DNA of 64,000 nucleotides from an uncultured bacterium. GTDB taxonomy: Bacteria; Oederibacteriota; Muellerivitia; Muellerivitales; Muellerivitaceae. The stretch covers positions 5,815-69,814 of the forward strand of contig CAZGKT010000009.1 in NCBI GenBank assembly GCA_964525605.1, in the 5' to 3' direction. This document shows positions 27,487 to 34,860 of this stretch, one piece after another; the stretch's first letter is position 1; the number at the start of each line of letters is the position of its first letter. A program made the position numbers and the translations under genes. The notes below the pieces were generated by a model. That model was given only the letters and a program-made list of their open reading frames with translations, did no database searches and was not told the origin of the DNA.

Positions 27487-27770
27487 CCTTTGAAATCAAT
27501 GATGTTCGATTCAACCAATTTCGAAGCAAGTTTGTTTAAATCGACTGGGTATTTCCCAGACTGAACCTGCTGTGCCAATTGATCCACCTTTCCTGCGTTG
27601 GCCTGAGAGGCCTGGGCCGATTGCCGCTGTAAGGATTGAAAAATCTCAGCGAAAGAACTAAGGGAAACCGAACTAGAGGGGGAATTCGCTTCCGATTTTT
27701 GTGAGGGTTGGGCCGACTTTTGAAAAGATTGAAGGATGGCCGGGATGTTTTGAAATCCGTCGATTTTCAT
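27483..27770 (-). CDS. flgM: Anti-sigma28 factor FlgM
   Basis: 'SVSLSS', 'KVDQLAQQVQSGKYPVDLNKLASKLV'. Confidence 0.8.
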   Translation of the reverse strand: MKIDGFQNIPAILQSFQKSAQPSQKSEANSPSSSVSLSSFAEIFQSLQRQSAQASQANAGKVDQLAQQVQSGKYPVDLNKLASKLVESNIIDFKG

Positions 27771-27798
27771 GGGGAACTCCTTAGGTTTTCTGATGAAC

Positions 27799-27825
27799 CT
27801 AACGGTCTCCGGAGGAAAAACTTGA
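27799..27825 (-). promoter_or_regulatory. sigma28-type promoter upstream of flgM
   Basis: TCAAGTTT-N11-ACCGTTAG, 29 nt upstream of the flgM start, where such a promoter is expected. Confidence 0.65.
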
Positions 27826-27884
27826 GTTGAATTGAGTGTAAATATCGACTAAAAAACGAATAAAAAGACAAAAAAATAGGGGTT

Positions 27885-28331
27885 TTATTCGCCCCGGTAT
27901 TTTTTCAAGTATTTTGGGCCTTTTTTGGATACTCGGGGAGCTGTTTTTGTATTTGTGGGTGCATGGGGTGAGTCTTTGTGATTTTCCTTAGTTTTAACTA
28001 TGTCTTGTTGAATTTCCGAGGCAAGTTTTTGAAAGCACTTTTCGCACATCTTCCCCTGAGAGATTGGCATGCCACATCCTTCGCAAAATAACCCGGTATC
28101 GTTTTTGACAAGTCTGAGCCGGTTTTCCCTGACATATTTGTAAATTTCTTTGATATCCACGCTTGTTTCTTGGGCTATTTCCTGGGCGGTGGCGGCTGGC
28201 CGTGTGGTTAAATACCTGAAAACTTTTGTGAAATTATCTTCTTCTTCTCGAGTGCAGGATTGGCAGATTTCTCTGCTCCCGGTAGCGCGGGTGAAGGCCC
28301 TGCCACAACGGGAACAATTAGCCCAGGTCAT
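27885..28331 (-). CDS. Flagellar operon protein YvyF-like (TIGR03826; Zn-finger/HTH)
   Basis: 'NCSRCGRAF..ICQSC..EEEDNFTKVFRYL...IYKYVRENRL..CEGCGMPISQGKMCEKC'. Confidence 0.8.
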   Translation of the reverse strand: MTWANCSRCGRAFTRATGSREICQSCTREEEDNFTKVFRYLTTRPAATAQEIAQETSVDIKEIYKYVRENRLRLVKNDTGLFCEGCGMPISQGKMCEKCFQKLASEIQQDIVKTKENHKDSPHAPTNTKTAPRVSKKGPKYLKKYRGE

Positions 28332-28786
28332 GAGAATGTTTTTTGGTGGGAGACCGAAGCCTTCTGGAGCTGCTTGTAAATTACATTACCGATACCGATT
28401 CCACCCGCATTAGCTAATTGATGCGAAAGCTGCTCATCCTGCATAGATTCAAAAAATTGCGTGGCTTGAGAGTTGCCCATGAGACTCGATTTTTGAACGG
28501 AATTACGCATTTCTTTAAGCATCATTTGAATGAAAATTGATTCAAAATCCTTTGAAACCTGCCTAATCTGCGCGTCTGAGTGGGAATGTGCCTCGGTCAG
28601 ATTAAATACCGGGCGTAGAGGGTCCATATGGCTTTGTCCTGAAACAGTTGGCGCATGCGATAAAAGAGTGTTGCCCATTAAAGTTTGGGCGGCCATTTGA
28701 GATTCCATAGCGTTGGAGTTTCCTGCGGCTTGGACCCCTTGGGTAAATGGTTGTACGCCTGTGATTGGTTGAATAAAAGGAATCAA
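28328..28786 (-). CDS. flgJ: FlgJ rod-binding protein (no muramidase domain)
   Basis: 'SKDFESIFIQMMLKEMRNSV...FFESMQDEQLSHQLANAGGIGIGNVIYKQL'. Confidence 0.85.
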   Translation of the reverse strand: MIPFIQPITGVQPFTQGVQAAGNSNAMESQMAAQTLMGNTLLSHAPTVSGQSHMDPLRPVFNLTEAHSHSDAQIRQVSKDFESIFIQMMLKEMRNSVQKSSLMGNSQATQFFESMQDEQLSHQLANAGGIGIGNVIYKQLQKASVSHQKTFS

Positions 28787-28799
28787 ACAACCCTCCGAA

Positions 28800-29924
28800 T
28801 TACAGAATAGTCAAATCTGCATGAAGAGCGCCGGCTTCTTTGATGGCTTGGAGAATGGAAATGAGGTCGCGTGGCGTGGCGCCCACTGCGTTGACCGCGG
28901 TTACAATATCAAGCAAGGTGGCCCCTTCCGGGATCACCACCAAATTTCCTTGTTTACCCGTATCTTCTGCTGAAACGGTAGTAGTGTGGGTTAATTCGTC
29001 ATGTCCAAAAACCGCATCATGAGAAACTTCTGTTGTTTTTTTCACGACCAAACGTAAATTACCGTGAGCGATGGCAACCGCGTCAATGCGCACATCCTGG
29101 CCCAAGACAACTGTTCCGGTGCGTTCATTAATGACAACTCGGCTGGCAGGAGAATCAGTTTGGACCTGGGTTTCCTCAACGGCAGCAACAAAATCAACAA
29201 CGTTATCCTGGTAATTGAGTGGAAGTTTGACGTCAATTTGCCCCCCATCCACAGCCTTAGCAACAGGTTCTCCAAATTGCTGATTTAATGCCTGAGCTAC
29301 AAGGGATGCTTGGCTAAAATCCGGGCGACTCAAAAGTATAGAAATTGTGTTGTTATCGATGAATGAAGAAGGTACTTCCCTTTCGACCATGGCACCATTG
29401 GGTACCCGACCGGTTGTGGTGGTGTCTACCTGAACAAGAGGAAATTCTCCAGTATTGTCGGAATAACCACCCACGGCGAGCGGGCCTTGGGCAACCGCAT
29501 ATACCTGGCCATCCGGCCCCTGAAGAGGGGTCATGAGGAGATCGCCTCCCTGTAGGCTTCTTGCGTCTCCAACCGAGGAAACCACCACATCGATTTTGTC
29601 TCCCGATTTCAAAAGAGGTGGCAATTGCGCGGTCACCATGACGGCAGCGACGTTTTGAGTTCGAATCTGGTCGGAACTTATTTTGATTCCGAATTGAAGA
29701 AGCATATTGGTGATGCTTTGAAGAGTTGAAACTACCCTTTGGGTGTCTCCCGTACGTTGAAGTCCAACCACCAATCCATAGCCAATCAGTTGGTTTTCCC
29801 GCACACCTTTCACTTGGGCAATGGTTTTGAGACGCACTTGCGCGCTCAAAGCTGGGCAAACGGGGAAAATCATTAACCCTAACATCAACCCAATAAAGAG
29901 AACATTAATCGCAGTTTTTCTCAT
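28800..29924 (-). CDS. flgI: Flagellar P-ring protein FlgI
   Basis: 'VRLKTIAQVKGVRENQLIGYGLVVGLQRTGD', 'GDARSLQGG.LLMTPL', 'VVINERTGTVVLG', 'ISILQAIKEAGALHADL'. Confidence 0.95.
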   Translation of the reverse strand: MRKTAINVLFIGLMLGLMIFPVCPALSAQVRLKTIAQVKGVRENQLIGYGLVVGLQRTGDTQRVVSTLQSITNMLLQFGIKISSDQIRTQNVAAVMVTAQLPPLLKSGDKIDVVVSSVGDARSLQGGDLLMTPLQGPDGQVYAVAQGPLAVGGYSDNTGEFPLVQVDTTTTGRVPNGAMVEREVPSSFIDNNTISILLSRPDFSQASLVAQALNQQFGEPVAKAVDGGQIDVKLPLNYQDNVVDFVAAVEETQVQTDSPASRVVINERTGTVVLGQDVRIDAVAIAHGNLRLVVKKTTEVSHDAVFGHDELTHTTTVSAEDTGKQGNLVVIPEGATLLDIVTAVNAVGATPRDLISILQAIKEAGALHADLTIL

Positions 29925-29936
29925 TTTACCATCCCT

Positions 29937-30554
29937 TTAAAAAAGGCCTAGCCAGCTGAGTACTCGAGTCAAAATTCCGGGTTTAGCAGACTCAGAAGAA
30001 GGCCCCGTCCCCGTGATTTTGATTTTTGCATCTGCCACTCGGGAAGAAAGAATTGAATTATCTCTGGAAATATCATCCGGTCTGATTTCTCCTACCACCT
30101 CTACCGTTTGCTTATCGTCATTGACTTCAACATAACGAGTTCCTTCAATCTGGAAATTTCCGTTGGGAAGAACCGACACAATCTTGGCGGTCATCTGCCC
30201 CGTAACGGTAGTACCCCTGCTCGAAGAACCTTGCCCCTGATGGCTGGCTCCGGCACCAACACCTATCTGACTTAGGCCGTTTAAGACGTTAGACCCATAG
30301 GTACCTAAATAACCGCTTCCTGCCCCAATACCAACACTGGCTGTTTTTTGAAATTGGCTGCTTGTTCCCTGACTCCCTTGGGTGTTTTCTTGAATCATGA
30401 CGGTTATAACATCTCCTACCCGGTGTGCCCTTTTTTCAGTGTAAATAGACGAGCCGCCCTCGACCGGAAAGATAGAATCAGCGGTAGATATTTGGGGAAT
30501 AAATCCCAACCCAAACATGCCCATCCACAAAAAACCTAAGAGTGTATTTTTCAT
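29937..30554 (-). CDS. flgH: Flagellar L-ring protein FlgH (no lipobox cysteine)
   Basis: 'SIYTEKRAHRVGDVITVMIQE', 'VLPNGNFQIEG', 'GEIRPDDISRDNSILSSRVADAKI'; protein contains no Cys. Confidence 0.92.
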   Translation of the reverse strand: MKNTLLGFLWMGMFGLGFIPQISTADSIFPVEGGSSIYTEKRAHRVGDVITVMIQENTQGSQGTSSQFQKTASVGIGAGSGYLGTYGSNVLNGLSQIGVGAGASHQGQGSSSRGTTVTGQMTAKIVSVLPNGNFQIEGTRYVEVNDDKQTVEVVGEIRPDDISRDNSILSSRVADAKIKITGTGPSSESAKPGILTRVLSWLGLF

Positions 30555-30571
30555 GGCAACCCCCAATCAGC

Positions 30572-31543
30572 TCACGGCTTCGTTTGATCAATCAAAACCC
30601 TATTCTCATCCAACACTCTGGCCCAAAGCACTTTATGCGAATCGGTGTTTTCAACCCTAATTTCTTCACCTGCTTTTCCATCCTCAATGGCTCGAGCATG
30701 AATCATAATCTCCACGTTCCCGGACTCAACAAACGCCTGAACCGTTGTACCTCTCTGTATTACTGGCGGATCGTTGATTTCGCTGAAACGGACAGGAATA
30801 CCGGCCCCCAGATCAAAAGCAGCTGTCCTACCCAATACATCGTTTAAATGTTGGAGACTTCCTTTAAGCAACTTAGAGGTTTGTATTTTACCTACCGTCA
30901 CATTTTCTATCGTGAACTTATCCCCTTTTTTAACTATTTTACTAGTTAAAACAATAGTATGAAAAACCTGAGTATCCAGCCGAACCGGCACGACTCGGAT
31001 ATCACGGCCGTCCACGGTCAATTCAGCGGTTAGTATTTGAGTGCCCTCGTACTGCCCAACAAGGGCAGGCCGATAACGAATTTCCAAATCTCCGTTTGGA
31101 ACCACCACATTCTTGAGTGGTCCCAAAAGCTTGATTTCCAGATTTCCCGGATTTTCACCGGTTTGGGAAAGAATGAACAATTTAGCCGCTTCTAAGAGTT
31201 GATCAGGCGTGACTTCCTGTGTCTCTGTCAAAACTAGGATCGAATCGGCACCTTCCCAATGAAAGCCTTCTAGAGAATAACCCTCCCGCGTCAAAGCAAT
31301 TTTGACCATCGAATGGGTGATGGTAACCTTTTGACCCGATGGAGCAGCTTTAATTAAAGTCACGCGGTTTAGGCGTTCCAAAAAAGCTTTATCCTCGGAG
31401 TTTATTTTAGCTACATCGCCTAAAGTTATATTGGGACCTGCCACTGTTGCCTGTCCCAAAAAACGAATCGTAGCTGAATTCTCTGCGCCCCAAACAGAAA
31501 CAGTCAACAAACAAAGCATAGAGGTCTGAATAAATCTCCTCAT
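30572..31543 (-). CDS. flgA: P-ring assembly chaperone FlgA (long form)
   Basis: Signal peptide, 'ITLGDVAKI', SAF-like C-terminus 'VIQRGTTV...ARAIEDGKAGEEIRVENTDSHKVLWARV'. Confidence 0.88.
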   Translation of the reverse strand: MRRFIQTSMLCLLTVSVWGAENSATIRFLGQATVAGPNITLGDVAKINSEDKAFLERLNRVTLIKAAPSGQKVTITHSMVKIALTREGYSLEGFHWEGADSILVLTETQEVTPDQLLEAAKLFILSQTGENPGNLEIKLLGPLKNVVVPNGDLEIRYRPALVGQYEGTQILTAELTVDGRDIRVVPVRLDTQVFHTIVLTSKIVKKGDKFTIENVTVGKIQTSKLLKGSLQHLNDVLGRTAAFDLGAGIPVRFSEINDPPVIQRGTTVQAFVESGNVEIMIHARAIEDGKAGEEIRVENTDSHKVLWARVLDENRVLIDQTKP

Positions 31544-31558
31544 TATTCAGCTATGCCA

Positions 31559-32356
31559 TCAGGGGAACTGCTTCATGGTCGAAACATCGTAAAGCATGGT
31601 ATCTGACGTTGACACAGTCTTTGAATTGAGCTCATAAGCCCTTTGAGCTACGATCAAATTGACCATTTCTTCCGTGACGTCGACATTAGATTGTTCCAAT
31701 GATCCTTGTTGAACATTAGAAAAACCGGTCGACCCAGGCGTTCCTTGGATAGGATCTCCCGATGCCGGGGTTGATAAGTACAGGTTATTTCCAATTGCGT
31801 TTAAACCTGTAGGATTAACAAAGCGGGTCAACTCAAGTTGTCCGACTTGAGTTGATTGGGTCGAACTGGCCGTTTGGACCATGATCTGCCCAGAAGTCGT
31901 AATTTGAATGGAAGAAGTATCTGCCGGAAGCTGGACCGGCGGGTCAAGAAAGTACCCATTTGCAGTGACGATATTCCCATTCGCATCTTGTGTAAAAGAA
32001 CCGTCCCGTGTATATGCAGTCTCACCATTAGGAAGGGTGACTTGGAAAAAGCTTTCCGACCCCTCAATCATAATGTCCAAAGGGTTGTTTGTGTTTTCAA
32101 CTGGCCCTACGGTAAAAATACGCTGTGTGGAAACTGGTTGAACACCTTCTCCAATTTGCAGCCCTGCAGGTGTGTTGGTTTCTGGAGAAGTGGGAGTTCC
32201 GGGAGGTTTGAGATTAATATAAAGGAGATCTTGAAAATCTACACGTTGCTTTTTAAATCCGGTAGTACTGACGTTGGCTAGATTGTTCGAGATTGTATCA
32301 ATGTTCAACTGTTGAGCCGACATACCTGTCGCGGCCGTAAACAGTGACTGCATCAT
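31559..32356 (-). CDS. flgG: Flagellar distal rod protein FlgG
   Basis: 'MMQSLFTAATGMSAQQLNIDTISNNLANVSTTGFKKQRVDFQDLLY', 'QGSLEQSNVDVTEEMVNLIVAQRAYELNSK'. Confidence 0.95.
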   Translation of the reverse strand: MMQSLFTAATGMSAQQLNIDTISNNLANVSTTGFKKQRVDFQDLLYINLKPPGTPTSPETNTPAGLQIGEGVQPVSTQRIFTVGPVENTNNPLDIMIEGSESFFQVTLPNGETAYTRDGSFTQDANGNIVTANGYFLDPPVQLPADTSSIQITTSGQIMVQTASSTQSTQVGQLELTRFVNPTGLNAIGNNLYLSTPASGDPIQGTPGSTGFSNVQQGSLEQSNVDVTEEMVNLIVAQRAYELNSKTVSTSDTMLYDVSTMKQFP

Positions 32357-32405
32357 AGAAGCCTCCTTGTTTCTCAGCCTTAAGAACACTTAAGGCGATC
32401 AGCAG

Positions 32406-32459
32406 TTACCACCTCTGTCGTTCGGTGGTAAACCGGCCTCCGCTATTGCAGTCCGGCCG
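32406..32459 (-). promoter_or_regulatory. Structured RNA motif in flgG 5' leader (GGA/A internal-loop hairpin, copy 2, plus adjacent hairpin)
   Basis: CGGCC-GGA-CTGC-AATA-GCGG-A-GGCCG (32434-32459) followed by TTACCACC-GAACGACAGA-GGTGGTAA (32406-32431). Confidence 0.6.
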
Positions 32460-32488
32460 TCATGATATTAAAACTAAAACTCCCTTTT

Positions 32489-33274
32489 TTATCCCTTCAA
32501 TGATCCAATCTCAGTTGCGGCTTCACTCATGAGATGGTCGTATGTTGAAACAATCCTAGAATTCAACTCATATGACCGATAAGTATCAATCATATTGACC
32601 ATTTCCATTGTCGAATTCACGTTCGATTGTTCCAAAAACCCTTGTTGAACCTGAACATCCTCCGGCATCAATTCGACCTTATTACCAGGATCAATTTGAA
32701 ATAGAGAATGTCCCACTTTAATCATCTGATTTTCATTTTTCACTTTAACAATCATGAGTTGATCCAATGCTTTTCCATCAACCGTCAGATTGCCTTCCCG
32801 ATCAGCCGCCACTTGTGTCCCATCAATGAAAATTTCCCCATTATGACCCAAAACGGTCAACCCATCTTTGTTAACAAGTTTCCCGGTAGAATCCAAATTG
32901 AAATTTCCATCACGAGTCAAATAAGTCTTTCCGTTCGGGCCTAATACAGCAAAAAAGCCCTGGCCATTTAAGGCGAAATCCAATGGGCTTTTTGTTTCAA
33001 GATGAGCTCCTTGGGAATAATCTGTTGTAACGGCCTGGGGAATAACACCGCCCCCCATAAAACCAATAGAAGGTCTCAATTCGGCCGTTCCATCCATAAC
33101 CTTAATTCTTTGATCGTGAAGTCGGGCGATCAAAAAAGTTGGAAATGCTACGTCGACAGAACGATTCTGTTTAAATCCAACCGTGCTGACGTTTGCCAAA
33201 TTGTTGGCAATAACATCCTGACGGGCCATTGTCGAATTCATACCAGAGGCGGCTATGTAAAGACCACTAGGCAA
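32489..33274 (-). CDS. flgF: Flagellar rod protein FlgF (FlgG/FlhO-like)
   Basis: 'GLYIAASGMNSTMARQDVIANNLANVSTVGFK', 'DFALNGQGFFAV..YLTRDGNF', 'QGFLEQSNVN'. Confidence 0.9.
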   Translation of the reverse strand: MPSGLYIAASGMNSTMARQDVIANNLANVSTVGFKQNRSVDVAFPTFLIARLHDQRIKVMDGTAELRPSIGFMGGGVIPQAVTTDYSQGAHLETKSPLDFALNGQGFFAVLGPNGKTYLTRDGNFNLDSTGKLVNKDGLTVLGHNGEIFIDGTQVAADREGNLTVDGKALDQLMIVKVKNENQMIKVGHSLFQIDPGNKVELMPEDVQVQQGFLEQSNVNSTMEMVNMIDTYRSYELNSRIVSTYDHLMSEAATEIGSLKG

Positions 33275-33294
33275 AAACAGTCTCCGTTTTCAAC

Positions 33295-34860
33295 TCAACG
33301 AGGAGCAGAAGTCGTTGAAGTCTGTTGGATTACACTGCTGTAAGGCAATGCAACTACCGACACTTCCCTGGATCTGGCGCTTTCAGTTCCATCCGAACCC
33401 ACCGAAGTAAATGAGAAGAAATAGCGTTGTCCCACTTTTAGTTTTCTAACTAAGTACGTTGGAACATTTGCAAGAGGCTGGGCGTTAACTTTATCGAAAC
33501 GACCACCCGAAACCTCAGAAACGTAAATATTATAGCCTCTTAAACCGTTTTTACTAGGGTCAGGAAATCCGGCCATTCCTGCTTGTCGAGCAATATCGAC
33601 AACCCCTTCGTTTTGCAACTCACTCTGAACAACCACCGGAGCTCCAGGAGCGGAAGTCGTACCCGCCACCACTTCTCTAGAGTATTGGCTTTCAACGGGA
33701 GGGATCGTATTTGTCACAGATGTTACGACAAAATAGTAGTGGGTGTTTTTCTCTAAACCTCTTAACGAGTAGTAATTAGCCTTAATTGGTTTTTGGTTGA
33801 TTTTTACATACCCGCTGCCAGTTGTCTTTGAAAAATAAGCGTTGTAGCCAGCCAGAGAAATTGAAGGAGAGTTGATCCAACGGAGGGTAATTATGTCGCC
33901 GTCCACATAAGCAGTTACCCCTTCAGGAATAAAGCTTTTTACCTTGCCCAAAAACGAATTGCCAAACCGCCAACTTGCGCCAATACGATGTGAAGATCCT
34001 AAATACTGAGCATGACCGATATAAGCATAATCAATTCCCCATGTTTGAGAACGATAGCTTATTCCGGCCGTGAATTGACCGGGTAACGTCATAAAATCTG
34101 AATAGCCAGTACGCAAACCTAATTGATCGGCAAAAAACCAACCTTCAATCCCTGCGTGTAGAAGAGTATGTTGCCCCACATTGGGGTCGTTGATAGTTTC
34201 AAACTCCCAAGCCGTTAGCAAATCTTCAGTAAATTCGTAACTTAGTCCCCCTTTAACAGCCAAGGCCACTGGATCTGAATTACCCGCCTGCCAACGGATG
34301 GATGTATCCAAATCTTGAGCGCTTAACCCAATATTTATCTGTTTCCCGTATCGAGGATCATAAATGGGTAGATGGTAAAGAAATCCCATATCCAATCCAA
34401 ACCCGCTAGCTTGAAACCCAGGTTGAGTTGGAGAATCGACCCCATATAATTTTGCGTTCAGTCCAAAAGAGATTGATTTGTCAATGGCTAAAGGAGCGGC
34501 AAAGGAACCAATGTAAATTCGATCATTCTCGGTCCCATCCGAAAATAGTAATTGGTGGGTAGAAATCGCCCAGGCCATTTGATCACCAAAAGGCTGAACA
34601 TAGGCAAGGTCAAAAAGATCCTCCTTGCCATTTAAAAGCACTGCGCCCATGCCAGATATTTCTGGGCGTAAAAGCTGAACCAATCCAGCAGGATTATAAA
34701 AAATTGCTTCAGAAGAATCTGCAACACTGGCAAAAGCCCCTCCCATCCCCTCTGCTCTCGTCCCATCACCAGAAACTCCACCTTTATCAAAAGCGGCATG
34801 CCCTGATTGAGTTATAAACAAAGAAAAAAATGTAAATAAGAAAAATAGCCTAATAACCAT
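33295..34860 (-). CDS. PorV-like outer-membrane beta-barrel fused to two C-terminal fibronectin type III domains
   Basis: 'GTRAEGMGGAFASVADSSEAIFYNPAGL'; barrel ends 'HRIGASWRFG'; FN3 motifs 'ITLRW..LAGYNAY..LEKNTHYYFVVTSV..ESQYS' and 'GYNIY..LKVGQRYFFSFTSVGSDGTESARS'. Confidence 0.72.
   Translation of the reverse strand: MVIRLFFLFTFFSLFITQSGHAAFDKGGVSGDGTRAEGMGGAFASVADSSEAIFYNPAGLVQLLRPEISGMGAVLLNGKEDLFDLAYVQPFGDQMAWAISTHQLLFSDGTENDRIYIGSFAAPLAIDKSISFGLNAKLYGVDSPTQPGFQASGFGLDMGFLYHLPIYDPRYGKQINIGLSAQDLDTSIRWQAGNSDPVALAVKGGLSYEFTEDLLTAWEFETINDPNVGQHTLLHAGIEGWFFADQLGLRTGYSDFMTLPGQFTAGISYRSQTWGIDYAYIGHAQYLGSSHRIGASWRFGNSFLGKVKSFIPEGVTAYVDGDIITLRWINSPSISLAGYNAYFSKTTGSGYVKINQKPIKANYYSLRGLEKNTHYYFVVTSVTNTIPPVESQYSREVVAGTTSAPGAPVVVQSELQNEGVVDIARQAGMAGFPDPSKNGLRGYNIYVSEVSGGRFDKVNAQPLANVPTYLVRKLKVGQRYFFSFTSVGSDGTESARSREVSVVALPYSSVIQQTSTTSAPR

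Noticed and set aside
32440-32500. c-di-GMP-I (GEMM) riboswitch in the flgG leader ('ATGACGGCCGGACTGC' resembles its 3' end)
   Set aside because: The required upstream GGxAAA/GAAA-tetraloop P1 and GACGCAAA elements are absent; the sequence is better explained by the GGA/A hairpin.
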